From contig OY760175.1 of NCBI GenBank assembly GCA_963663165.1, forward strand, positions 4,480,001-4,544,000: DNA of 64,000 bases. Reading direction: 5' to 3'. The notes beneath the pieces are model-generated. The model searched no databases. It was not told where the DNA came from and saw only the letters and a program-made list of their open reading frames with translations. The stretch is from an uncultured Desulfospira sp. GTDB taxonomy: Bacteria > Desulfobacterota > Desulfobacteria > Desulfobacterales > Desulfobacteraceae. Positions 8,443 through 17,010 of this stretch are shown here, one piece after another. Position numbers and translations under genes: made by a program. Positions within the stretch are counted from its first letter, which is position 1. Each line of letters starts with the position of its first letter.

Positions 8443-10344
8443 TTACTCTTTTTCAAAATAGGTGTAGCCCCGCAGGCCCTCTTCAAATTTCTTGAGAATG
8501 GTCTTGCGTTCTTTTGTTTTGATCAGCCCTTTTTCAATGGATTCTTCGGCTATCGCTTTGAGCCGCCCTTTAAAGGCCCGAAGGTCGTATTCCACATAAG
8601 ACAGGATATCTTCCACGGAGTCCCCCTCAATTTCATGGGCAAACTGGTAAGACCCGTCGGGGTTTGCCCTGATGGAGACAATATTGGTATCCCCGAACAG
8701 GTTGTGCAGGTCGCCTAAGGTTTCCTGGTAGGCCCCGACCAGGAAAACCCCCAGATAATACTCTTCATTTTCACGCAAAGGGTGAAGGGGAATCCGGTTT
8801 CTTTCCTGGTCTACCCCGGGAAAGGTGTCTAATTTACCGTCGCAGTCACAGGTGATATCGGAAATAATGGCCGGCCGGGTGGGTTCCTCGGTGAGCCGGT
8901 GAATGGGCATGATGGGCATGATCTGGTCTATGGCCCAGACATCGGGCAGGGATTGGAACAAGCTGAAATTGCCGTAATAGATGTCATAGACCAGCTCTTC
9001 AATGTTTTTGACCTCTTTGGGAACCCGGGTCAGGGTTTTGGCCACCTGGCTGATTTTAATCAGGATATGCTGGACCAGGTTTTCGGCAAGGGCCCGCTCC
9101 CGGATGGAGATCTGGCCGTGTTTGAACAACTGCCGGGCCTGGCTCCGGTAAAACAGGACATCGTTGCAGCACTCCTGCAGGTCCTTTGGGCTGACCATAT
9201 GATAATTGGCCAGTAAATTGTCAATCAGGTCATGGGCGGTTTCGGGCAGGTTTTCAGGAACAGGGGGCGGCTCAAAGGAGCTGACATCCAGAATGTTAAA
9301 CAGCAGAACAGATGAATAGGCCACCGTTGCCCTGCCCGATTCGGTGATGATAGTGGGGTGGGGAATCCCGCTTTTATCGAGCATGGTGATGATGGACTCC
9401 ACAATGTCGGTGCAGTATTCCTCCAAGGTGTAGTTCCGGCTTGAGGGGGTGTTGGAGTGGGACCCGTCATAGTCCACGGCAAGGCCACCGCCAAGGTCAA
9501 TAAACCCCATGGGAGCGCCTTCTTTGATCAGTTCTTCGTAAAGCCGGCACGCCTCCATGGCCCCGGCCCGGATGTCGCTGATGTTGGGAATCTGGGAGCC
9601 GATGTGGTAGTGGAGCAGTTTTAAAGTGGACAGCATATTTTCCTGTTTAAGCCGGTCAATGACATCTATCACATGGCTCATGGTCAGGCCAAAGACGCTG
9701 CTGTCCCCGCCGGATTCCGTCCATTTCCCTTCGGCCTGGGTGGACAGTTTGATCCTAAGGCCGATGTTGGGGGATATGGAAAGAACATGGGCCCGTTCAA
9801 TGATCAAATCGATTTCTCCGGGAACCTCCACCACAAAAATGACCTGGAACCCCATTTTAATGGCAAAAAGGCCAAGATCAATGAATTCTTCATCCTTGTA
9901 CCCGTTGCAGACCAGGCAGGCATCCCGGTTGTCCAGCATGGATATGGCGGCAATGAGCTCTGATTTGCTGCCCGCTTCAAGGCCGTGATTGTATTCCCTG
10001 CCGTATTTGGTGATGGTTTCCACCACCTGTTCCTGCTGGTTTACCTTTATGGGATAAACTCCCTTATATTCACCGGTATATCCGTTTTCTTTAATGGCGG
10101 TTCGAAACGCATCATGGAGAGATCCGATCTGGGAGCCAAGGATGTTTTCAATGCGAAGCAGAACCGGCATGGAATGGCCCCGGGCCTCTATTTCCCGGAT
10201 GATGTCAAACAGGCTGACTTTTGTATTGTTCCGGGCGCCAAACGGGGCAACAACCACCTCTCCCCGGTCATTTATGCTAAAGTATTCTGCCCCCCATTTG
10301 TCCACACCGTACAATTCGGTGGCCTGTTCCAGTGTCCAGGTCAT
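8443..10344 (-). CDS. speA: Biosynthetic arginine decarboxylase
   Basis: GVYPIKVNQ, GLEAGSK, HIGSQI, DLGGGLAVDYDG, ITESGR, DITCDCDG, GAYQETLGDLHNLFG. Confidence 0.96.
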   Translation of the reverse strand: MTWTLEQATELYGVDKWGAEYFSINDRGEVVVAPFGARNNTKVSLFDIIREIEARGHSMPVLLRIENILGSQIGSLHDAFRTAIKENGYTGEYKGVYPIKVNQQEQVVETITKYGREYNHGLEAGSKSELIAAISMLDNRDACLVCNGYKDEEFIDLGLFAIKMGFQVIFVVEVPGEIDLIIERAHVLSISPNIGLRIKLSTQAEGKWTESGGDSSVFGLTMSHVIDVIDRLKQENMLSTLKLLHYHIGSQIPNISDIRAGAMEACRLYEELIKEGAPMGFIDLGGGLAVDYDGSHSNTPSSRNYTLEEYCTDIVESIITMLDKSGIPHPTIITESGRATVAYSSVLLFNILDVSSFEPPPVPENLPETAHDLIDNLLANYHMVSPKDLQECCNDVLFYRSQARQLFKHGQISIRERALAENLVQHILIKISQVAKTLTRVPKEVKNIEELVYDIYYGNFSLFQSLPDVWAIDQIMPIMPIHRLTEEPTRPAIISDITCDCDGKLDTFPGVDQERNRIPLHPLRENEEYYLGVFLVGAYQETLGDLHNLFGDTNIVSIRANPDGSYQFAHEIEGDSVEDILSYVEYDLRAFKGRLKAIAEESIEKGLIKTKERKTILKKFEEGLRGYTYFEKE

Positions 10345-10414
10345 GGGCGTGTATCCTTTCTTTGTCCATATTGTTCAATGATACATTAATGTGTGAACCA
10401 TAACAGAAAAACTG

Positions 10415-10443
10415 CTTTTACGTAATAGCACAATTATTGTCAA
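10415..10443 (-). promoter_or_regulatory. Putative sigma70 promoter of the speA operon
   Basis: Minus strand TTGACA-17 nt-TAAAAG, about 70 nt upstream of the speA ATG. Confidence 0.6.
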
Positions 10444-10607
10444 TAACAATGAAAAGGAAGGCGGTTGATTTTTTTATACCGTTAAAAAATTTGCATTTAT
10501 GTAATTTTTTTAAAGACTGAAGGCTGCTGGCCCGGATATGTCACGACCTGTTGTTGTCTCAGGGACAGGGCCATTTTGACAGACAGTGCCTGGGCAAACA
10601 CACCCAT

Positions 10608-10733
10608 AAAAAAGGCCGGAAAGGAGGAGCGTCCTTTCCGGCCTGTGGCCCTGCGGAGGGAACTTAAAGGAGGGGTGCGGCAGCGTTGGGAGGAGGAGGG
10701 CCGCTGCCGCGGGTGTAACGCAAGCAGGAACCT
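10608..10733 (-). ncRNA. Candidate 3'UTR-derived sRNA with anti-SD (CCUCC) loops, ending in an intrinsic terminator
   Basis: Hairpin GCGGCAGCG/CGCUGCCGC with loop GCCCUCCUCCUCCCAA; unpaired CCCCUCCUUUA and CCCUCC; 13-bp terminator hairpin plus U-run. Confidence 0.55.
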
Positions 10734-10934
10734 TTAGCCTACTTTAAGATGGATATTATGGGATGCCAGGGTCGAGGTGACGGCCTGGTTCATTTGGGCA
10801 GGCGTCAGGTTTGACCGGTATTTCCCGCCAATCTCATTGATCTCAATTCCATCTATATTTTTCCGGGTCAGTTTAAGCAGTACGCTGAGCCCGAATGTTT
10901 TTTTAACTTCAAATAATTCTTTGGTGCTGTCCAT
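10734..10934 (-). CDS. Small hypothetical protein (66 aa)
   Basis: AAGGA RBS, sigma54 promoter just upstream, terminator downstream, protein-like composition. Confidence 0.75.
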   Translation of the reverse strand: MDSTKELFEVKKTFGLSVLLKLTRKNIDGIEINEIGGKYRSNLTPAQMNQAVTSTLASHNIHLKVG

Positions 10935-10980
10935 TTTATATATGTCCTTAAATTGCGTGTTAAACTATGAAAATTTATAA

Positions 10981-10997
10981 TGCAAACCGTGTGCCAA
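10981..10997 (-). promoter_or_regulatory. sigma54 (-24/-12) promoter
   Basis: Minus strand TTGGCAC-ACGGT-TTGCA, an exact TGGCAC-N5-TTGCA consensus, about 45 nt above the 66-aa ORF. Confidence 0.85.
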
Positions 10998-11376
10998 ATT
11001 TTTCAAACTGGACAAAAAATTTTAAAAGCCTTGGGGGTAAACGGATTTCAAGGGGTAAAAACGCAATGCCCGGGGGGTGATATTGAAATGGCAGAAAATA
11101 AATAACATTTTTGTTTTTATCTGGCCGGGGGGTATGGCGGGAAGCGAAGGCGCTGTTTTAATGTTTTCAATATGTTGGCATAAAATACAAGGCCTGGTTT
11201 TCCGCCGGGTAATTTTATGCAAAAAATACAGAATATGTTGCGTTTACCACAGATTTACTGTTATGGTGGCCTTTATTGAAACCGTGGACCCACCGGGATT
11301 TTTTTCAAGGTATTGAAGCCCTGGACGGCCATTGGTTTTATTCATGTTCTTTCAATTTAACCCACAGGAGAGATCA

Positions 11377-11895
11377 ATGACCGGAACCATTGCAGCCCTG
11401 GTTGCTGTGGCCGCGGCTATAGGAATAGGCGTGACGGTGTTAAAAAAAAAGAAGCCGGCCCCGGCTTCTTCCGAGCCACCGCCCCCTGAGCCGGAACAGC
11501 CCCCTAAAGATGAGACAGAGTTCAGAACTGTCCTGGATTCTTTACTCAAGCTTAATTTGATGGTCAGAACCGATGCCGGGTTCCCTTCAGACCTGACCCT
11601 TGAGATTGAGGCCATCATGGATGACTTAAAATCCGTAATTCCTCCCATGATGGAGCGGTACCCGGGTGAAGCCCTGACCTATGAACTCAAAAAAATCGGG
11701 GGAAACCACCTTCATAAAATTGTAAAGGAATTTCTGGATCTTTCCGCTGAGAGCAGAAAGGCCCAGGACAATATTTTTAGAAATTCCATCAAGAACCTGC
11801 AAGAGGTGACCAAACGCTCCCGGCAGATTATTGAAAGCAATGAAACCGCTGAGTTTAAAACCATGGCGCACTTTCTGGCCGGAAAGTTCTCCTGA
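11377..11895 (+). CDS. Membrane-anchored helical protein, XpaC-like partner of TelA
   Basis: AGGAGAG RBS before ATG 11377; N-terminal TM helix, KKKK, Pro-rich linker, helical domain; sits directly upstream of a TelA homolog. Confidence 0.6.
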   Translation: MTGTIAALVAVAAAIGIGVTVLKKKKPAPASSEPPPPEPEQPPKDETEFRTVLDSLLKLNLMVRTDAGFPSDLTLEIEAIMDDLKSVIPPMMERYPGEALTYELKKIGGNHLHKIVKEFLDLSAESRKAQDNIFRNSIKNLQEVTKRSRQIIESNETAEFKTMAHFLAGKFS

Positions 11896-12049
11896 AAATT
11901 TCGGACGAACCCTCACCCGGCTGCTGCAAAAATTTGTATCCGGGTAAATTTGGTCCAACGCCAAATCGATAATATTGAAAAACAGATGAAGGCCGCCGGA
12001 TAATCATTTTCATCCTTTATCCCTCATCCTTTCATACAAGGAGAGATCC

Positions 12050-13282
12050 ATGAGCGAGGCAGTACAAGATCTTCAAAGTGTTGTGAGCCAGGCAAAGGCC
12101 CCGGTTCTGGCAGAAGTTACAGAAACGTCAGGTCAGGGCGCGTTAACGCCGGTTCAGGCTCCCTCCAACCTGGTGCCGGTGGAACCCAGACACCTGGCCC
12201 CTGAAGACCTCAAGGCCCTGGAGGCTGAGGCCGACGAATTTATAGAAAAGGTTAAAGCCGATCCGTCCAACTGGCAGCTGGGAAATTTTGTCTTTTCCTT
12301 AGGCCAGGAGATCATGGAACAGACCCAGGCCCAGGTCAGCCTTTATGACCGGAAAATGGGCAGTGTCCTTAAAAACGTGGCCACGGATGAATCCTCCCCG
12401 GTGGGGAAAAATATTCTGGCCATCAAAGTCGAGCTGGACAAGGTCAACCCCACCGTGGTGGCCAGAACCGAAATGCCCTTTCCCAAAAAGGTGATGGGCC
12501 TGTTTACAAGGACCGTAAACCGGCTGCCCAAGGGGGATGAGATCCTTAGAATTATTTCGGAAAGACGGGAAACCGTGAATTCCACCATTGACGGCATCCG
12601 GACCCATCTGCGCAACGAGGCCGACCAGGTGGCCTTTGATGCCTCGGAACTGGCCGTAATCTGTGATGCCTTAAAAGAGGTCCAGCCGGCCCTTCAGGAA
12701 AGAATTTTCCTGGGCCAGTTGATCTGGACCCGGCTTATGGCCCAGATTGAACAGGCCCAGGACCCCCGGATCAAGGAAGCCCTGACCACCCTCACCTCAG
12801 ACCTTGCCATGGCCGTGGTAGACCTTCAGACCATTGACAACTCCAATCTCCAGACCCGGTTCGGCGGGGAGATGATGGTTAGAAATTCCCATCTGGTCAA
12901 ACGGCTGGTCCAGAGAACCGACATGATCCTGTCCACGGCCGTGAAAAACGCGTTGGCCGTCCGGGTGGCGGCTGAACAGCAGATGGAAACCATGCAGCAT
13001 CTGGACATGGTCCAGCAGGCGGCCGCTGAAACCATGAAAGACACGGCCAAAGTAATTGGTGCTGCAGCAGTCAAGGGGGCCCAGATGAGCCAGTCCATGA
13101 CCGTGAATATTGATGCTTTGGAAGAGGCCTGCCAGACCTATGAACAGGCATTTGAAGCCTATGCCCAGATTTCAAAGGAGACCATCAGCATTGCCTCCCA
13201 GAGTTCCACGGCCTTAGGGCAGATGAATGAAAAATTCCGTGCCAGGACCGATGCCCTGACCGCCAGAAGACAGGAGACATAA
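12050..13282 (+). CDS. Toxic anion resistance protein (TelA/KlaA/YaaN family)
   Basis: 410-aa all-helical coiled-coil protein with TelA-like layout (FSLGQEI..Q, ELDKVNP, KKVMGLF, VNIDALEEA). Confidence 0.7.
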   Translation: MSEAVQDLQSVVSQAKAPVLAEVTETSGQGALTPVQAPSNLVPVEPRHLAPEDLKALEAEADEFIEKVKADPSNWQLGNFVFSLGQEIMEQTQAQVSLYDRKMGSVLKNVATDESSPVGKNILAIKVELDKVNPTVVARTEMPFPKKVMGLFTRTVNRLPKGDEILRIISERRETVNSTIDGIRTHLRNEADQVAFDASELAVICDALKEVQPALQERIFLGQLIWTRLMAQIEQAQDPRIKEALTTLTSDLAMAVVDLQTIDNSNLQTRFGGEMMVRNSHLVKRLVQRTDMILSTAVKNALAVRVAAEQQMETMQHLDMVQQAAAETMKDTAKVIGAAAVKGAQMSQSMTVNIDALEEACQTYEQAFEAYAQISKETISIASQSSTALGQMNEKFRARTDALTARRQET

Positions 13283-13410
13283 GCGTTTGAACGACAATTC
13301 ACCCATCTGCGGCGTGGCTTCACAAATGATGTAATCCCCACAACCCTGAAGGTTGCTCCGGTTACAAATTTGCCTGCGCCTTGCATTTTAAGCAAATTCT
13401 CGTCCAAACC
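13283..13410. mobile_element. ~125-bp MITE-like element
   Basis: Imperfect terminal inverted repeats GTTTGAACGA / TCGTCCAAAC directly after the stop codon, with internal palindromy; a shorter similar element lies at 11896-11960. Confidence 0.5.
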
Positions 13411-13555
13411 CAGGCCCCCGGCCAGACATTAAAGTATATATAAAATATGTAGATTATAAATTCACAACAAACCATGAAAGCCATGAAGGTCATGGCACTG
13501 GCAACCCTAACAGCCTTCAGCCTATGCCCCTTCAGTCTTTCATACGGGAGAAACT

Positions 13556-14194
13556 ATGATTGATCCGGCAGTGAAAAAATCCTATGAGGAACGGTTTTCC
13601 ATTATCCGGACCCTGACACCCGAAGCCCTGGTTCCGGAAAGGCAGCAGATGGAACTGACCCTGAAAGACATCGGGGCCGGGGCTTTTTTCAGCTTTGAAG
13701 GCCAAAGTTTTTATGTCAAAGAAACGGCCGTTTATGAGGAAACCTCTGAAAATTTCAAGACCCGCCAGGGATATACGGTTACTGAACTGACCTGTCTGTG
13801 TCTTGAAACCGGTGAGACCATCTGGTTTGAATGGGAATATGACGATGAGCTGGAAATCAGCCTGACCCAGGAACGGATTTCTTTTCGGCAACTGACGGAT
13901 GAAGACGGGGAGTCCATTGATGAGGATGACCTGGACCAGATTGCCGATGACCAGGATGTCGTGGTATATAAAGGGGAGAAATTCTGGTATGAAGACGACT
14001 GGGCCGCCATCTATGAACGGGGCGGCCAGGAAGAGAAGCTCTTTGTTTATGAGTTTGAAAACGAGGCGGGAAACCGGTACCTCTCCATTGAGGAATGGCA
14101 GGGCTCGGTCAGGGAAGAATACCAGATCTATACCAGCAGGCCTGTGGCCCCCGGTGCCGTCAATATTATCGCTGCAAAGACTGAAGGGAAATAG
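13556..14194 (+). CDS. DUF4178-like acidic beta-rich protein
   Basis: Two beta repeats (IWFEWEYDDELEISL; YEFENEAGNRYLSIEEW); DUF350/SpeE operon context. Confidence 0.7.
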   Translation: MIDPAVKKSYEERFSIIRTLTPEALVPERQQMELTLKDIGAGAFFSFEGQSFYVKETAVYEETSENFKTRQGYTVTELTCLCLETGETIWFEWEYDDELEISLTQERISFRQLTDEDGESIDEDDLDQIADDQDVVVYKGEKFWYEDDWAAIYERGGQEEKLFVYEFENEAGNRYLSIEEWQGSVREEYQIYTSRPVAPGAVNIIAAKTEGK

Positions 14195-14251
14195 ACTGAA
14201 GGCTGAAGGTTGCTCATACTTCAGCCTAACACCCTTCAGCCTAAGACCTAA
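14179..14251. repeat. Inverted heptamer repeat cluster (GGCTGAA / TTCAGCC)
   Basis: GACTGAAGGCTGAAGG ... CTTCAGCCTAACACCCTTCAGCCTAAGACCTAA; near-identical to 15964-15992. Confidence 0.75.
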
Positions 14252-14273
14252 TACAAAAGGAGACTGATACAGG

Positions 14274-15905
14274 ATGTTTATAGGACACAGGAAGCTTTTC
14301 CAAAAGCTTATTCCCATCCTGATCCTGATTCCGGCACTGCTGGGATTGTCAGGATGCGGCCCCGGTCTTCCCGACCAGGTAAAACAAAAGGCCAAGGAAA
14401 TCCCCGGTGCCATAGAAAAATCGCGAACCACCCTGGAAGACCAGAGGAAAAAATTTTCTGTTCTTGTTTCCAGCCCGGATTTTAACCCCTTTGCTTCCTA
14501 TGCCCAAAAAGAGGACTGGGAGGGTAACTTTCAAAAAGCCGCCACCGGCCTTGACCGGGCAGAGACCCTTTTTAAACAGGATTTAAAGCCCCTGATCAAA
14601 CAGGACAAGCCGGAACTGTCCGGGCCCGTAACCGCCCAGACCCTGCGGATTAACAAGGTGATCAAAGAGGCTGGCCAGCAGGCCCGGTATCCCTTCGAGC
14701 GGTTTGCAAAGTTTAAAATTGCCCGGGAAAACATGGCCGGTATCCAGAAAGAGGCCCAGGACCAGGCCCGGAAAATTCAGGCCCTGGTGAACGACCTTGA
14801 AGGGACCGAAGTGGCAAAGGCCAAAACAGATTTTCCCGATGCGGTTGAAAAAATCGATGCCCGGTTTGCCCCGTTTGTGAAAATGCGCCGGGACTGCCAG
14901 GCCGCAACCAAAGCCATTGAAAAAGAGGTCAAAAACAAACAGGCCGGGCAGGCGGTTGACCTGGCGTTGTTCGTTGACAGCGCCGATGCCGTGGCAGAGG
15001 ATTATACCCTTGCAGCCGAGTCTGAAAAAAAATTCAAATCATCCATAGCCGGGCTTTACCAAAGCTATACCAAGGTCCTTCAGGATATGAAGCAGGAGTA
15101 TGCTGTGACCATCAAGCGCGAATCCTGGGATGAGCGGTCTGATTACAACACCTCCAAGATTGAGGTCTACAGACAGCCGGTGGATGCCCAGACCTTTGAG
15201 GCCCTGAATGACACCGAGCTTGACTCTATTGCATCCATTGTCCCGGGATTTTCTTCCAGCAGCCTGAAAAACCGGATCGGCCCGGCCTGGGATGCGCTGA
15301 ACATCAACCCCACAGAGCGCTGGCCTTCCGGGCATAATGCGGCCGAGTTCTGGGTTGACCAGACCGTGGTCCGCTGTTTTCACAAGTATCTTCTGGAAGA
15401 GGAAGGAAAAACCCGGGAAACCGACTGGGAAGAGGTGAACCCAAGTTTTTTTGAACAAAACTTTGAAAATTTGGGCATGGCCATTGTGTCCAAGCCTTAC
15501 GGGGTATTTGAGGAAGACTGCCTTACCCAGGCGGCCCCCCCGGGCATGGCCTATGTGGGCAACCCGGAATACGGGGAGTGGAAAACCGATAACAACGGGG
15601 ACCGCTTCTGGTCCTGGTACGGCAGATATGCCTTTTTCTCCAACCTGTTCTTTTTTCCGCCCTATTATTACTCTTACCGCTCCTGGCGGGGCTGGCATGA
15701 CAACTACCGGTATAAAAAGCCCTACTACGGCACCACGGCATCCGGGGGGAAGACGTTCGGCACCTCTGGCTCAACGGTTAAAACCTCGCCCCGGTATCAA
15801 GGTTCAACCTTTTCCAAGTCCGGCGGCTTTAAAACCAAGGCTCCGTCCGTCAGGGGGGCAAGCTCCAGGGTCCGGGGCGGCGGCCCGGGGGCAAGAGGGA
15901 AGTAG
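14274..15905 (+). CDS. Lipoprotein with coiled-coil body and Gly/Ser/Arg-rich tail
   Basis: Lipobox LSGC; conserved-looking APPGMAYVGNPEYGEW..FWSWYGRYAFF; basic tail ending SSRVRGGGPGARGK. Confidence 0.8.
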   Translation: MFIGHRKLFQKLIPILILIPALLGLSGCGPGLPDQVKQKAKEIPGAIEKSRTTLEDQRKKFSVLVSSPDFNPFASYAQKEDWEGNFQKAATGLDRAETLFKQDLKPLIKQDKPELSGPVTAQTLRINKVIKEAGQQARYPFERFAKFKIARENMAGIQKEAQDQARKIQALVNDLEGTEVAKAKTDFPDAVEKIDARFAPFVKMRRDCQAATKAIEKEVKNKQAGQAVDLALFVDSADAVAEDYTLAAESEKKFKSSIAGLYQSYTKVLQDMKQEYAVTIKRESWDERSDYNTSKIEVYRQPVDAQTFEALNDTELDSIASIVPGFSSSSLKNRIGPAWDALNINPTERWPSGHNAAEFWVDQTVVRCFHKYLLEEEGKTRETDWEEVNPSFFEQNFENLGMAIVSKPYGVFEEDCLTQAAPPGMAYVGNPEYGEWKTDNNGDRFWSWYGRYAFFSNLFFFPPYYYSYRSWRGWHDNYRYKKPYYGTTASGGKTFGTSGSTVKTSPRYQGSTFSKSGGFKTKAPSVRGASSRVRGGGPGARGK

Positions 15906-15910
15906 GGCAT

Positions 15911-16012
15911 TTAGGTGGATAGGCTGAAGACTGAAGGTCATTTTTAAGAATAGGGATTAACAACATACTTCAGCCTAAACCCCTTCAGCCTATCAGCTAA
16001 GCTTACAGCTAA
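15911..16012. repeat. Inverted heptamer repeat cluster (GGCTGAA / TTCAGCC)
   Basis: TAGGCTGAAGACTGAAGG ... CTTCAGCCTAAACCCCTTCAGCCTATCAGCTAA. Confidence 0.75.
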
Positions 16013-16031
16013 TTAAAAGGAGACATATATC

Positions 16032-16922
16032 ATGACGGCAGGAGGCATCTTCACAGGTCTGTTCCAGGGATTTTTCTTTTCCCTGGTCAGTATTTTTTTT
16101 ATATGGCTTGCCAAAATTGCTGATGACCGGCGGACCCGGGATTTTGATGATGATGAGCACATTGACAATGGAAACCTGGCCGTGGGCCTTCGGCGGGGCG
16201 GCCTTTATCTCGGGATTGCCCTTGGCCTGTCAGGCGCCCTTGACGGCCCTTCAGTTGGGTTTTTTACAGATACCTTCCATCTGATTGTCGACGGGGTCCT
16301 GGTGGTGGGGTTTTTGTTTTTATCCCGGTTTATCAATGACTTTCTCATGCTGGGCCATGTGTCCAATGATGAGGAGTGTGTCAGACAGTTTATTTTGGAG
16401 GACGGCCGGACCATTGTGGGAAATACGGCGGTGGGGCTGGTGGAAGCCGGCATGTATATTGCCACAGGGCTGATCCTTAAAGGCAGCCTGTCCGGCGGGG
16501 GCGGCACCTTTTTTCAGTCTCTGGGCAGTGCGGTTCTGTTTTTCATCTTAGGCCAGCTCGCCCTTTTGATTTTCGGATTTCTCTATGAACTGGCCACCCG
16601 GTTTAATATCAGGGATGAAATCAAAAAGAACAACCCGGCCGCAGGCTTAAGCCTTGGCGGCATCCTCATTGCCTTAGGGGTAATTTTAATGGGAAGCGTT
16701 TCCGGCCCGTTCCTGGGGTGGGGAGCCGACGTTGCCGGATTTTTTGTCTATACCGTATACGGCATTATCCTGCTGCTGGCATTCCGGCTGCTCATTGACC
16801 GGCTTTTGCTGCCCACCACCAATATGGCTGTTGAAATCACCGAAGACCAGAATGTTTCGGCCATGGTTGTGGTGGAATGTGCTATGACGGCGGTGGCCCT
16901 GGTGATTGCCTTTGCCATGTAA
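16032..16922 (+). CDS. DUF350 domain membrane protein (internally duplicated)
   Basis: Repeated GNLAVG / GNTAVG / NNPAAG / QNVSAM helical-hairpin motifs; about 8 TM helices. Confidence 0.85.
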   Translation: MTAGGIFTGLFQGFFFSLVSIFFIWLAKIADDRRTRDFDDDEHIDNGNLAVGLRRGGLYLGIALGLSGALDGPSVGFFTDTFHLIVDGVLVVGFLFLSRFINDFLMLGHVSNDEECVRQFILEDGRTIVGNTAVGLVEAGMYIATGLILKGSLSGGGGTFFQSLGSAVLFFILGQLALLIFGFLYELATRFNIRDEIKKNNPAAGLSLGGILIALGVILMGSVSGPFLGWGADVAGFFVYTVYGIILLLAFRLLIDRLLLPTTNMAVEITEDQNVSAMVVVECAMTAVALVIAFAM

Positions 16923-17010
16923 TTTGGGGATATGGGACTTGGGACCTGGGATGTGGGGTGCGCTGTCGGATAACCCCAAACCCCATGTCCCATATCCCAA
17001 ACCCCATGTC
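16923..17010. repeat. Inverted heptamer repeat cluster (ANNTGGG / CCCANN)
   Basis: ATATGGG ACTTGGG ACCTGGG ATGTGGG ... CCCCAAA CCCCATG TCCCATA TCCCAAA CCCCATG. Confidence 0.75.

Noticed and set aside
11022..11316. Small ORFs in the AT-rich divergent promoter region
   Set aside because: No RBS and low-complexity composition; more likely upstream activator/promoter DNA.
16877..17005. N-terminal extension of SpeE
   Set aside because: It overlaps the DUF350 gene and runs through the heptamer repeats; non-protein-like.
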